Source: Zootoca vivipara (lineage: Eukaryota). From it: DNA of 64,000 nucleotides. The number at the start of each line of letters is the position of its first letter. Position 1 is the stretch's first letter. Location: NCBI RefSeq assembly GCF_963506605.1, contig NC_083287.1, positions 46,686,001-46,750,000 on the forward strand, in the 5' to 3' direction. Positions 27,443 through 41,705 of the stretch are shown here, in pieces. The position numbers and the translations under genes are program-made. The notes beneath the pieces are model-generated. The model was given only the letters and a program-made list of their open reading frames with translations. It searched no databases and was not told where the DNA came from.

Positions 27443-27579
27443 CACTGTTTCCCAAACTTGAGTCTCCAACTATTTTTGGACTACAACACCCATTGTTCCC
27501 TAGCTAGCAGGGCCAGTGGTCAGGGATGATGGGAACTGTAGTTCAAAAACCGCTGGAGACCCAAGTTTGGAAAACACCG
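27443..27579. mobile_element. hAT-type MITE
   Basis: Palindromic, with TSD ctttaagg / atttaagg (7/8). Confidence 0.85.
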
Positions 27580-30196
27580 ATTTAAGGTTACATTAGTTTT
27601 GCATGCCATGTGGCTTTATTATGTTGTATGCATTGCGTTTTCTTTTATATTGTACCCTGTTCTGAAGTCAAATAGAATGAAAAGTAGGCTGGCAGTGCCT
27701 CAAATAAATAAATATCCTCATGTCACAGAAATACATTATAGGGGACAGGGCTGGGGGGAGGAGTGACCAAGGTTTGCAGAAGCCTCCTGCAAAATGTTAG
27801 GACAAATATATATATATCCTAAGGAAAGGGGAAACCCCCCAACAATCCATGCTAAGCATGCTTAATGGACATGGAATGATGAAACAGGAGGGGATCAGAA
27901 AAATGGGGAAGCAGGAATGGAATGGAGTATGCTACAAAGGGGCATGCCCAGCTGGCTGGCTGGCAGGCTGGTCCCCTGAACAGGAGCACTCCACACATCA
28001 ACATTTGGACATAATCATGTATCCCATTGGGTTTTTGAGCTGCATTTTATGTAGCCCCAAGATGCTGTGATAGATTATTTGGGAGTTCTGCAACAAAGGA
28101 GACTGGTGGCGGCACAAAGCAATATGGTTATAGAACTATTTCTCTCTCCCTGGAACCGTATGGTGTTAGTGCTCATTGAAGGCAACAGCACAGAGAAAGT
28201 TCCCTGCAGCCTGTCCAGCGTTTTCCTAGCCGAGAGAAACAGGTCCTGAGGTGCTTTATGCGCACGCCAGAAAGTGGAGCCAGCAGCAGCAGAGGGTTAG
28301 TGAAGGGTCAAGCCAATATCTATCCCTGATGGACGCATTATTCTGAGCCCCCTGAGCTACTCATGCCAGCTTTGGGCATGAGATGTGGGCAAAACGAGAA
28401 GCAGACTCATACAGCTGCATGCGAAGTGAGATGCAGAAGGCGTCTATCAGAAGAGCACGCACCTAAGAGTGGACAGATTGGTCCATTTCTGTTTCATTTT
28501 GTGTCTCATAGTTCTCTGTCAATAATCCGTCCCACCCTGATTCTGCATCAGACAGTGGAGGGTTTCAATGAACAAAAAAAAAATCACCTACGATATGCAA
28601 CCAAATATTCACATTTTCACTGTATTTTGCAGTCTTTGGGGCTGCGTTTTTAATGCATTTTGTGCATTCTAATTATTGAAATGATAACCACATCACATCT
28701 GACGGTTGCATTATATTGCAAGGTGTGGTCCATGAATTGTAACCCCCACTGCATAAGTGGGGGGGGAAGGACCCCTGTAACTCATATTCATGAATTAAAC
28801 AGTGGAGGCTGTGGAAACCCACCCTACGTCCCAGAAGCTCTTAAACCATGGCAGCGATGGAGAAGCTGTGCTTCCATTACCCCTCCCCTCAGGCCACCTT
28901 GGCTGGGGCTGGTGAGAGGGGCCCAACAACTTCTCCACACCTTGTCCAGGGATCGGCTAACAGCGCGACCCTAGCCATGTCTTCTCAGATGCAAGTCCTA
29001 TTGAATTCAGTGGGGCTTAATCTCAGTGGGTTTAGGGTTGCAGCCTTAGTAGCTAATGCTTGAGTGATCCACTGTAAAGAATGCAAAAGTTCCCAGAAAG
29101 CAAGGGACTGCAAGCAATATATTTGTGGGGTTTTTTTAAGTGTTCCTTTCAAACTCTTCCCTTTTAATGCCTGCTATGGCTTGATTAGAATGAAACCCTT
29201 CATTCTCCCTGGTTATTTTTTACTAATAAGTATGACGAGTGTCTAGCAACCGTGCTCTTTAATTAGCAGCTCCTTTGTATTCCGGTCCCTGTGCATCCGT
29301 CCCCATTCCCCCCCCCCTTGCAGGAAGACATCCCTATAAATAGTGCCTTCACCAGTGCTGTGTGTTGGCGTTAAAAACGTCGACTGTTGGATACAGACCC
29401 CTCTTGCCAAAGGAGACTCGCTGAGGCAGGGTGCTCTAACACACGAGACTGCAAAGGTCACCCCCCTGCTGGGCTCTGGACCTGATTTATTACTCATTCA
29501 GTTTGTTTCTGTTTTCTTGCCAGGGCTTTCTACCTGCTTTTGTCAAAACCAGCAAGGGAGGCTTGTGTCAGCCAAGGAGCTACATGCTAAAAGCTCTCCT
29601 GTGCAACCTTTAGCCACGACTGCCAAGCCACTTAGAACCACCAGCTCCACTCTCTGGAAGGCTTGGGAAGAGCCATAATTACTTTGACAGAGAGAGGCCA
29701 AGTAATCACAAGTCTGCATCGACTAGAAAGGCGCCTTTCGTGACTTCTGCAAGCTGGATGCAGAAGCCCCCCAACTACACCTGCCTCTAGCACCACGGAA
29801 TGAATCTCTCTGCCCAGATACTTCCAATACATCAGCAAGGCTTCTCTGAGATTCATGGAGGTTGAACAACACTCAAGGGCTCATAATCCCAACACACACA
29901 CACACACACACACCCATCCATCCCACAATCTCAGAAAAAGAAAGGGCAGGGGAGGGGGAAATAAGAAAACAACGCATGGAAGTGTTGCTTGTTTCATCCT
30001 TGTAGGTTCTTTATCCAGCCTAATGTAGAAACTGCAGATCTTCACAGAAGCTGCTTCTCTGTTGAGATTTTGACCCTTAGCCATCCACTGAAACTGTCTG
30101 CAGGTCCTACAGTCCACTCCAGAGGGAAGAGCCTGGAGTTCGGACTGCCAGGAGAGATTGCCATAAACACCACTTTATGAGCTGTAATTATAACTG

Positions 30197-30350
30197 GGGG
30201 AGGGCCATAGCTCACTGGTCCCAGCCTCAATCCCTGGCATCTCCAGGTACAGCTAGCAATGTCCTCAACCCGGAATTCTAGACTGCCAATCAGTGTAGGT
30301 AATGCTGACCTCGGTGGACCAATGTCTGGACTCAGTATAAGGCTACATTC
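30197..30350 (+). mobile_element. Degenerate tRNA-derived SINE with CR1-type 3' part
   Basis: gggccatagctca...tccctggcatctccagg...ggaccaatgtctggactcagtataagg. Confidence 0.6.
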
Positions 30351-31174
30351 TCCAGCCACCCGTGAAAATCCCCCAGTCCTAGACAAGCAGGAACCAAATG
30401 TTCAGCTTTTTTCACCCTCTTCTGACCACGTGGAGTTCATTGGAAGTGGTGTCGATAGCAAGCCAGAGTAGTGTCGTATAGGTTTCCCTCTCCCACCAGA
30501 TCAGACTTGCCTGGGAAAGCAACCCGAGCAGAAGATGATTTAAGCTGACGATTTCAGCGAGACAGGACTCTGCAATCTTCCCTAAGAGACGTGACTAAGC
30601 AGAAACACACACACACCCAAGTCTGCCTCCGCCCTTTGCAAAGTTGCCTTGCATTAGGGCATGGATGAGCAAGCCACCTCTCATTACCACTTCCATCTCT
30701 CATGCTGGCTTTTGTGGTGTGATAAAGAATTAAGTTTAGCAAATTAGGTGAGGGAGAGGGAATTTAGAAATGACACCCCTGATGATTGATGATACTAATA
30801 AGCCGTATGCTAAGGAGATTCCCCTCTCCACCCCCTCTTTACCAGCCACACCAAACCCTATCCCTGAGCTCAACACAAAGAGGCTCAACATCAGATGCTC
30901 TCATTTAAATATGTACTGAAGCATCTGTGAAACAACAAATGGAAAACATGGGGTGGTAGGGAGGGGAGCAATGTGAGGTACTGGCTTTCAAACCCAGGAC
31001 ACTTCCGTTTTGTTTTGCCAGCCTGTTCTTCAGCTACGTAATTACGGCAGCATCTACATTACAACCACAATCCCATTTTAACAACAGCTTTTGCCAAGCC
31101 AAAGGAATTAAACCATCCTCAGCGCAGACACAACTTCCCCCTCTCAATGGTACAACTGTCCCTTTCCCCACAAC

Positions 31175-31618
31175 TAGGAATGGGCAAATCTGTGAGTTTC
31201 TCATTTTTCCACACTAAGTCCAGTTCTCCACAGTTCCAAACCAATCTGTGGTATGGCTGCCGTTTGTTTTTTTTGTTTTTGAAAAAAAATGAGTATCCCA
31301 TGAAAATACAGTAGCATTTCAGTGCAAATTTCTGCTTAATACAAGTGTTTGAATGACATTTCCCCTCGTATACACGCTTTTGCAAAACAATTTCCCCTAA
31401 TATAGCAAAAAAAGTATGTTATTTTCAGTAATTTTTACACACATTTCACTAGTACCTGTTTTTGTACCTGTTACTCGGGGGGGGGCAGAGAACTACACTG
31501 CAAAATTCAGGGAATTGTTTATTTCAAGAGACCTTGGTTGGCATGTGGTTTCAGAAAGTGTGAATTAGGTAGATTCGCCTATAAACATGAACTGAATCAA
31601 ATTTCTCCTCCATCCTAA
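31175..31618 (-). mobile_element. Old non-autonomous hAT-like element (family of 19742-20130)
   Basis: Reverse-orientation homolog with ends taggaatg / catcctaa and a possible decayed TSD cccacaac / cccgcagc. Confidence 0.7.
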
Positions 31619-31872
31619 CCCGCAGCTCCCTTCCCCTGCCTATTGTTATTATGTCTGTGCTGTGATTCTCTGGCGTCAAAATTACAGTATCCATAGGGGT
31701 TTTAAAAGTGCCCTACCCCTTCTGTTTACATAAATAACCACTAAGGTAGGATTGAGCTCTAGGTTAATAACTCATTGCACTGGTGTTAATATTCACTCGC
31801 ATTTCATTTTGCAACCTTGGACATATAGTTGGAGGCACTGTGCACAATGACATTCAGCAAAATGCTCTAGCC

Positions 31873-32008
31873 CAGGCATGTCAAACCTGCGGCCCTCCAG
31901 ATGTTTTGGACTACAATTCCCATCTTCCCCAACCACTGGTCCTGCTAGCTAGGGATCATGGGAGTTGTAGGCCAAAACATCTGGAGGGCCGCAGGTTTGA
32001 CATGCCTG
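31873..32008. mobile_element. hAT (Charlie-like) MITE
   Basis: Perfect 37-bp TIR caggcatgtcaaacctgcggccctccagatgttttgg; TSD ctctagcc / ctctagac. Confidence 0.95.
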
Positions 32009-34656
32009 CTCTAGACAGAGCTCAATGCAGGGGCTGCTTTCAGTTTCTGATTTTTACTGAAGGCCTGTAGGATACAGTACAATGACAGCCATGTTGGATA
32101 TTGCAAACAAGTAGCAACAGAGAAGGCAAAAAACTTTTGATCCATGGTGAGATCCACGAGATCCACATGCATCCAGGGATCAAGTAGAAGATCATGCCCT
32201 ATTTTTGTGTGTTGCTTTGTAAAATACAATATACATTCGTGTCAATGGGGATGATATATTAGTTCTACAGAAAGCCTAGACTCATGAGTTACTCGCGCTT
32301 CATCTGTGATGTCTGCAGCAGTTCCATGGGAAAACTGTTCTGAGAAAAGCAATCAATAGCTGTTGCTACAGAATTTGAGTGGGATCATATAGATTCCATG
32401 GAACTCTGCAGCTGTGTGAGAGAAACACATATAATTGTATCCAACTAAGTTCCACTGAAATTAATAGGCCTAATGTCCATTAATTTTGATGGGTCTACTC
32501 AAGAAGGACTAACATTGGATACAACCCACGAACTCTGCTTGCAAGACGGAGGGGAAGAGCATGCCAGCTCTCCTCTCACCATCTTAGCCAAATGTCTGCA
32601 GCAAGAACTCAAGTTGGTTCTATATGCAGTTTAGAACCCTGGAATGTGAGGGTTCTCGATCACATTGGGAGTTGACACAAGTCAAGCAGGCTCCCCATTT
32701 CTAAAACCATCCCTCCAACTCATGGCAGGGGGTGAGGGGTCTGACAGCAGTGCTCTCCCTCATTGCAAGAGGGATAAGAATGTCTGAATAGGGCTTATGT
32801 AGCCATGCATTCTGCACATGCTCAATGTTTCCCACGTCCAAGCTGTGGGTGAAGTTAAAACCTGGACTCCCTACCCCCAGGATTTTAGTAAAAGGTAGCA
32901 TTGGTGTGTGCCTTTGTGTTCATTGTCCGTGCAAAAAACTAGCCATGTGCATTTTCCATGGCACAATGGCTGTACAGTACCCCGTCTCCCCAAAACCAAA
33001 CAGGCAAAGCTACGAGAGAATGCTAAATTTGTGACCTAAGTAGAAGGCACAGTGCTCGTATTCAGCATGCATCTTTTATGTTTCATAGAAGCCTTTCCGC
33101 ATGTACTCTGCAACTGCTCAGCCACCTGAGACCACAGTACAGGGACAGCGAATTATCTAACAGCATTCCATCCTATAATAGCACAGGCCTCTGTGCTCTC
33201 TTAAGCACTGATGTGCATCATGATCAGAGCCTAACTTTCACCTGCAAAAAGGGAAGAAAGGAAAAGAAAAAAACCCAAACAGCGAGTTTCCATCACAGTT
33301 GCTCTATATACTAAAGCTGCTACTTCTGATCAGGAGAGAGCAAAACACTGAGCCAGTATTTGTTTTAACTCCTTTATTCTATTCCTTTGGTGCTTTTGCT
33401 GTGAGCTGCATAGCTAGCTATCCTGAACTTGTGCTCGAACTGAACTGAAGCTGAAGCTGACTGTGTGCTTCAGTCTCATAATTTCCCCACCCAGTTCCTC
33501 CACAATCAAGAGCAAAGCAGAAGGCCAGTTGAAACCGAGGCTGTGCATATCTATCCTATTGTAAAATCTCAGGAGACCGAACGCTTGTTTTCTCCAAAAA
33601 TTAGTCCACACGTTATCTAGATCTGTTGCATATCTTTTGCCTCTGAAAAATGCTTATTGAGAAACTGATTTCGGTCCAAAACAGAAAGCTCACTGCAGAC
33701 CGATACCTAGTATTATATTAAAAATATGGCAAATGGTGCAATTGGAACAATTTATAATGATGCCTTCTGTCCTGGAGTAGGTACATCTGCCCAAGAGGAC
33801 TTGCATCTAGTCACGTAAATGAGCCAGTCCCCGTTCTGCCTTCTCCTGCTTTGTTCACTTCTCCCCCACCCTCCGCCCCCAAATCTTGGACTCATTCAAA
33901 ACAAGATCCTCATCTTCATGTCTAACCTTCACCCACACTTTTTTTGCTAGCCTTGTGAATTCTGCCTAATTAAGAGCCTTTCAGATTCCCCCGTGGCCCA
34001 AGTTTTGTCATGCAGAACATGGAACTGGGGGAAAGGAAGGGTTGGAGGAAACGTGTTTTGAACATTCCCTACCCCCATCCCTCTCCCCTGGGTCCGGTTG
34101 GTGCTCTTAAAATTGGCGTTTGTGTTATATCTGGGTGAATTCTCGAAACATATTAACGGTGCTCATTAATTAAGACTCAGCGGTGATGTTCTTTAGATGA
34201 CATTTTGTACTTCAGATATCCAAGCACATAATGTATATGTGTTCTGAAGAGTGCCCACGTGTATGAATCACATCCTGGTTTGGGTTCAAAATACATCCAA
34301 GTATAATTCAGACCTTTAGAGCGCAGTTTATGATCTTAGCTCCCCCACCAACTCTATCACCCTCTTGTATTCATGTTTCCTGCTCCCTTAAACATCTTCA
34401 TCATTTTCCCCTTGGTGTCCTGGAATCGTGGAACACCCTCCTAGAACGCTAACAAAACTGTCTTTTCTCTGTGTCTCTCTCTTCCTCCAAACCCTCTCCC
34501 AAATCCATTAGACTTTTGGTTTATCTCTTAAACCACGGGCAGGAAACCTTTGTTGCGGATGGGCCTTGTTGTGCGGGGGGTGAGCAGTGAGGCCAAAATT
34601 TCACACACACACACACACAAAACCAGCCTTCACATTGCCTTTCCAAAGCAGGCTAA

Positions 34657-34807
34657 NNNNNNNNNNNNNNNNNNNNNNNNNNNNNNNNNNNNNNNNNNNN
34701 NNNNNNNNNNNNNNNNNNNNNNNNNNNNNNNNNNNNNNNNNNNNNNNNNNNNNNNNNNNNNNNNNNNNNNNNNNNNNNNNNNNNNNNNNNNNNNNNNNNN
34801 NNNNNNN
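34657..34807. other. Assembly gap
   Basis: Run of N. Confidence 1.
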
Positions 34808-35003
34808 CTGCTTTATCACTACCCTAAGGAGTCTCAAAGCGGCTAACATTCTCCTTTCCCTTCCTCCCCCACAACAAACACTGTGGGTGAGTGGAGCTGA
34901 GAGACTTCAAAGAAGTGTGACTAGCCCAAGGTCACCCAGCAGCTGCATGTGGAGGAGCGGGGAAGCGAACCCAGTTCACCAGATTACGAGTCCACCGCTC
35001 TAC
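34808..35003 (-). mobile_element. Squam3/MIR-like SINE
   Basis: ...gtgactagcccaaggtcacccagcagctgcatgtggaggagcggggaagcgaaccc (reverse B-box). Confidence 0.75.
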
Positions 35004-35518
35004 AGTGTGGTGTAGTGGTGTAGAGGAAGAGGCACAAGGCCCTGGAAGGGTTCCAGAGCCCACCCACCTCCTTCTCAAAGCTGAGAATGTGCTCTCTAGG
35101 CTTTGGGAAGGAGCAAGGACTCCTCAAGGACCCTGTGAGGGCCCCTACAACAGCTTCCTATGTTCCTGTGTTAGGAGCGTTGAAGGCCAACTTCTCCAAG
35201 CTGGAGCTCTGTGTAACATAGGCAGCAAAGCACAGGGTAGTACTGTTGTAGGAACACTTCTAACACTAATAGACTTCTCTCCCAGTTTCTGAACCCTACA
35301 TTTAGCACTCACTCAATAGCAAGTAGCACTATCTACTGACCAATCAGCATCACCCAGGGGAGGCGCACCAAGGGTGATCGAACTCAGGTTTGCACATCAT
35401 CACAACCTGAACTGCTTTGCTCCTTTTTGTCAAATGAAAAATATGTATTTTAAAAATTCCTCTGAAGGTTTTGTTCTTAAAATCAATCTTGATTCAATAG
35501 GAGAGCCACAGAACTAAT

Positions 35519-35578
<60 letters not shown>

Positions 35579-35581
35579 AAA
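35519..35581. repeat. (GAAA)n microsatellite
   Basis: Seen directly in the sequence. Confidence 0.97.
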
Positions 35582-36921
35582 GTTGTGCCCTTTAAAAGAT
35601 TGATTCCAATTTTTTTCGCTAGCCCTCAGATCTAAATATACCTTGCATTTATGGGCAAGAAACAGAACGCGAAGAGAAGAAAGGAAAACACAATATTGTC
35701 CAACACATAATTGTGACCGCAAGGATTTCATTTGTGGAAACAAATTAAGCATAGATTGTTTCCTGTAACTCTCTAACAATTATTAAATTTCCCCACAGCC
35801 ATATTGGCAGAAGGCAAGGAAATAAACCTCATTAGAATGTAATAGAAACAATATTTGTCTGTCCTCCCCTTACTAATGGGAAAACACAACTTTCCCTCTC
35901 CCTAAATGTTTTTAATAAATCTTAGTTCACACTGTTTATTGATTTTTGCTGTAAGAATGGATCAAGTCATACTGCATGTTGCTAACTGTTTGGGCCATGA
36001 TCCATGAATAGTAGGCAGCACATGCTTGAAATACTGTGTGCTGTTTGTTGGTTTGTGGTATTTTTTGTTTTTGGTATTTGGTAAAATAGAATGGAGAATT
36101 CCCTGGATGCCTAGATCCAGGTTTGGGGCAAGTACTCTTTGGTGAGAGACAGCCCCACCAGAGATTTAAAATCACAAAACATGCAGCATGGAAATATACC
36201 TTTAAAATGTCCCCTTCTAAGTTTCCTCCAAAGTTCCTCACTGCCCTTTACATAGAGAGAGACATGTTTGGTAAGTTTAAAATGGTTTACCTACAAATTC
36301 TTCAAAGGTCAGATTCATGTGCTTTTCCATCCAGCACCAAGAAAAGACAAGGCAGTATAACTTAGGTTCCAAAAAGTGGCAAATGTTTCTAAACGATTTG
36401 TATAGAAACACAAAGATGGCTTGCTAAAGCCACGTGGTCTAAGCTTGGAGCATCCAGCTTAGACGTCCTTACTGGTAGATTCACATGGTGGAAACAGAGA
36501 GAAATAAGAGTTTTGTAACCCCTCCTCCAAAGTTAAGGGGATGTGACCTAGCTAAGCCTGGCAGCTTAATCTGTGGTCAGAACCTCTTTATGCATTAATT
36601 AGACTTAAGCACCTTGGTTATATGAGGTTGGATATATCCCACACAGTTCTGGTCATTACACCTAGGGGCTATGTACCCCTTTTTGCCACTTGAAATGCCA
36701 CCCTGGCATCCTGCCATGCCACCTCTGCCACTGATAAAGTGGCACTAGCATCAGCACTGATTTCCAGTGAGATCCTGCCGAAAGAGCACAAGATATTGCC
36801 CGCTCCACAGGATCTCACAAGCTTTTGGCAAGATCGTGCCCTTCCAACTCTATGATTCTATTGTTTTATTTCACTGGAAATCACTGGAAATATTTCACTA
36901 CACCTCAAAAAGGATGCTGTA

Positions 36922-37296
36922 GCACAGGTGGCGCTGTGGTCTAAACCACTGAGCCTCTTGGGCTTGCTGATCAGAAGGTCGGCGGTTCGAATCCCCACGA
37001 CAGGGTGAGCTCTCGTTGCTCAGTCCCAGTTCCTGCAAACCTAGCAGTTCAAAAGCACGTTGAAGTGCAAGTAGATAAGTAGGTACTGCTCCGGTGGGAG
37101 GGTAAACAGCCTTTCCATGCACTGCTCTGGTTTTGGTGTTCCATTGTGCCAGAAGCGGCTTAGTCATGCTGGCCACATGACCCAGAAAAACTGTCTGTGG
37201 ACAAACACTGGCTCCCTTGGCCTGTAAAGCGACATGAGCCCTGCAACCCCAGAGTTGTTCGCAACTGGACTTAACTGTCATGGGTCCTTTATCTTT
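36922..37296 (+). mobile_element. Sauria SINE (Squam1)
   Basis: ggtggcgctgtggtctaaacc head, B-box ggttcgaatccc, gtcatgctggccacatgacc body, and BovB-related 3' end with cctttatcttt tail. Confidence 0.93.
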
Positions 37297-40200
37297 TTTT
37301 AGTGCTGTAAAGAGTACAGAGAACAGAAACTCTCCAAATCCCATAAGAATGAGGAAAGGTTATAACATTTGGGGATTTTTAATTTTGGGGGGGGACAACT
37401 AATTGTGTGCAGGGGGCGGGGGGGCTGACATGATATGAAATTCTGCATGGGGAGGTATCTGTGCATTGCAATTTATATGATTCTACGATTGCTATGGTCT
37501 TACAAGCAAACTATTCTCTTAAATAACCTGAGAGGTTGAGAAGCAGGTAGAAATGGCTACAGATCTTGGCTGTAATAATCTGTATTCGTTCAGTATACCA
37601 AAAGAATTGAGTACATAGACTAGAGAAAGGGCAAGGTATCAGAGGAAATTAGAATGTGCAGTATTCTGAAATTGCTATTTTCTTCTGTGTGTGAAGGTGA
37701 CTTCCAGTCTTGCCATGTACAGACAGACACACACCTCTGACTGCACCAGTAATAATAATACGCCACTGCTGTGCAAGACTAGGGACCCAGCAATAGGATG
37801 GATGCTCATTTGAAGAAATAGGAGGTGGCCTTTATAAAATTGCACTAGGCTGATAAGGTCTGCCATGGTTTTCACTTGAGGATCCAATGAACCTTAGTTC
37901 AGGAGGCTGGGATAGAGACACTGGAAAGCCTTTCCTCGGGGCTACAGTTTGATGGATCTTGGGGAGGTTCAAAATGCAACACCTAATAAATCAGTCATCA
38001 AAACACACAGAATTTAACCAATGCTTTTTTGCCTCCATCGTCCATTTCCCCTGCAATAGTTCAACGAGGGCAGTGTTGATAAAGAAAGAGAAAAGGACAC
38101 AAAGAATAATGATGATCAGAAGACAATAAAAGGAGAAGGATGGAATGAAGAAAGGATAAACTTCAAACCTACATGGGGGGGAAAAGAAGCTTACCAGGTT
38201 GACTTCCACATTGAAAATAATAGGGATTTTGAAAAAGAAAGAGTTTAAAAGGTTTTAAAAGGTCATTATGCATTTAGCAGCCAAAGAGCAGTATGAATTT
38301 CTAAGCAGCAACATCTGGAAGATCAAAAGAAATCATACTTCAATCAACATGAAAATATCTGCTCATTACATGCAATCATATTTAGTTATTAATAGACACT
38401 GGCTAGACACTGACATTTTACACATTTCATCGTATGATGCACCAGGGACACTTCTGGCATTTAGTTTATCATTTTCATCAGTGTCATGGAAATAGTGACC
38501 GATCTGACCCCCAAAACCCTCAGACTGTCACTCATCGTAAGTGAATTTATCAACACATACAGAATGGGAATACACAGGAGAGTTTTAACTGTTTGCATAC
38601 AAAATCATTTCATTCTTCACGCTTCAAAAAGAGGGAGGGAGAGAAGCCAGCACCTTCACTTTTGCATAATAAATAATAAGGGCCAGCAGACAATTACATA
38701 GGTGGAAATAGTATGCGAAATGATTAGAATTCAAATTTGTTGTGCAAATGTAACTGGAGGTAGCTTAAGTAATCAGCTGCAACGGGCTGATTTTCCTCCA
38801 TTGTTAGAGGTTAATACAAAAGCTCTCCAGCTTATATTAGAAGCAGCCTTACTTCAACTGCAAATTGGCACATATCCCATTAGTATTTTCATTCTATTAC
38901 ATCTCCTCTGATAGACTTAGATGTGCAGGCTGGCAAAAATTAAAATTAATTGGGCTATTATATTTAAGGCAGAGGGGGAAACAGGAAAATTCTGGGGGAC
39001 AAGTAGGTCTGACCCCAATGTCCAAGACACCCTGGAATTGAATGGAAGCTTTTTCTCCCCCTATGTCAGAATGGTTTGCTAAACTGGCACATCCCACTGA
39101 CTGGGGTTAAATGATTGCAATTAAAGGAACAACAAGAGCAAATCTCTCCCCCCCCCAACTGTACTAATCATGATTGCAAAAAAAAAATGCCAAGGAGCAT
39201 CTTCAGCCTGAAATGCGATTTTATTTCTAATGACAATTATTTGGGGATTGGATTGCAATTTTAGTTTTGCTAATTAGATCCACTGCTGCATTTTCATACT
39301 CGCTCATTGCATCCTTTGACGATTCTCACCAGAACTGCATTTCCACACTGGTCACTTTGCAGGCTACGCTTTAATAATTCTCAAGACAAATATGAGAGGG
39401 GCTTGATTATATTTTGTGACAGCAGTAATGTAAACCTTCTTCCATGTTTCAGTTTCAGAAATCATCCTGGTTGCTGAACCATTAATCCTAAGAAAGAACG
39501 ACTGTTTCAGAGGGATTATCCAGAAAAAGATTATAAGCATGTATATCGGTAATTCTTATGCAATAAATTGAAATTAATATACTGTTTACCCAAAACCTTA
39601 AATTAAAAAAAGGTAGGCGTGTGTGTGTGTGTGTGTGTGTTTAATTTGGACATTCTATAATACATTGAACAGCAAGCACAAGCAATGTGCGGATTTGCTT
39701 TAAAATAACTGGAGGATTTAGAACAAATTTATGAATGTGTTAGCTTCTCAAATGTATTAGGGATCTGAAAACAGCGCTCAAAACTCCCATTGTTCTAGGC
39801 ACATTTTGCGACAAGGAATTTCATTAGCGAGAAGCAGTTTCTGCGCTCAGGGCGCAGTCCTAAAATTTCAGATTAAAACTGCAGAGTGGAAGGAAAAGGA
39901 GGACCCTTTTCTGCCTCCCCACTTCCAGCCACTGTCTGGAGAAGAGACCCTCTTAAGAATATTAGGGGGGGCAGGCAGAGGAAGCATGGCTTTGTTTTTT
40001 GCAGTCTTCAGATGAGGATTAGCCCATGTGAAAAATGAATCTAAGATTTTAGCCGGTTCATTCATTTTCAGATTTGTATTCTTGTTATAAAAAAAGTGTG
40101 CCGAGACATTCCATTGTTGTGCCCATAACCTAAGTTTAAGGTGCCATTATCTCCTAGCTTTCATATCTCAGTTTCTAACACTGTTTGAAAATGCAATAAG

Positions 40201-40604
40201 GTCTCCCAGGACCTCTCTAATCTTGATTTCTCTTTATGCGGCGACTGTATGTCTATATAGGGGTGTGTTGTTTTTTCTCACCACCCATAACATTTGCTTC
40301 CAATGATCAGATTTAATTTCCTAAAAGGAATGTGCTCATGCTAAGATTCTGTCCATGCTTAAAACAGCTTGCAGGGTCTATTAAGTGCTTGTTCAGTTTT
40401 GGCCACACAGATTTCTTGGGCCGCTTCCATCCCTTAAAAGTTTTATCGGTCAAAAAGGAGCTGCAAGGTGCCAACAATGCACCTATTTCTGGGAGGAGTG
40501 ATGCTGATTTGGGAAAGTTGCAGCAGAGATTTCTTCCACATGATCATGAGCTTATGTGTCCTGGAGAAGAGAGCCACATGGCTCAGTCTCCCATAAACAC
40601 AATA

Positions 40605-41352
40605 TGGTGGTACCTTGGTTTAAGAACAGCTTATGAACAACTTGGATTAAGAATGCTGCAAACCCAGAAGTAGGCGTTTTGGTTTGTGAACTTTGCCTTG
40701 GAAGCAGAACATGTTCCGCTTCCTGTTGAGTGTGTTCAGTTTGTAAATTGAGTCCCCCGCTGCTAATCAGAGTCTTCCTGTTGAGCCTGTCGGCTCTTGA
40801 GTCCCGAGCACCCACACAACACAGAGGTGATATTTGGAGCTTTTGTTTTTGCTATTTATTTATTTTTGCGTTTTTGTTTGTGTGGCTTTTTCATTTTTTT
40901 GACTGTGGCTTGTTCTTCGTTTTATGGGACAAACTTGTGACTGTGGCATGTGACTTCGTTTCTGTGCCTTGTTTTTGTGACTGTGTGGAACCTAGTTCAG
41001 CTACTGGTTGATTGTGTGACTGCGGAAATGGATAAAAGCCCCCCATCCAAACAATGACTACCATCAGTGCACATAAGAAAAAAAATAATTTTAATTTTTA
41101 TCATCTACAATACTGCCTTATTCATTTTAGAGTACAGTACATAGATTACTGCCTTCATTTTATGGATCAATGGTCTCGTTAGATAGTAAAATTCATGTTA
41201 AATTGCTGTTTTAGGGGTTGTTTTTCATCATCTGGAACAGATTAATCCATTTTCCATTACTTTCTATGAGAAAGCACGCCTTGGTTTAAGAACGCTTTGG
41301 TTTAAGAACGGACTTCCAGAACGGATTAAGTTCGTAAACCGAGGTACCAGTG
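40605..41352. mobile_element. ~750-bp non-autonomous Tigger-like DNA transposon
   Basis: Ends ta-tggtggtaccttggtttaagaac / gttcgtaaaccgaggtaccagtg-ta, with reiterated ttggtttaagaac. Confidence 0.8.
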
Positions 41353-41705
41353 TATTTTTGCAAGCACTGAAAAGCCACAATGACATCATTTTCAACAATG
41401 CCCCAATCACATAAAAAAAATTCAAAATGCAGTGTCTCTTGATTCCCAATACATGGTGGAGGACTAACAGGTGGACAAAGACCCTGTGAGCCCTTATCAT
41501 GGCAAAGAGACTTACATTGCAAGCAAGAAATGATAAACACCCACCATCCACTGTACAGTGAGGCTCTCACTGCCCTTTCTACACTGGAATTAATGACTTA
41601 TGATCGTTCATCTCATTTAGATACCTCTTTGGAGACATGGACTGCTTATATGAATCTATAGACTCTGGAAATGTTTTTCTCACTTTGCCTCCCTTGCCTT
41701 CTGTT

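Noticed and set aside
36922-37010. tRNA gene
   Set aside because: The A/B boxes belong to a Sauria SINE head; the same applies to the other SINE copies.
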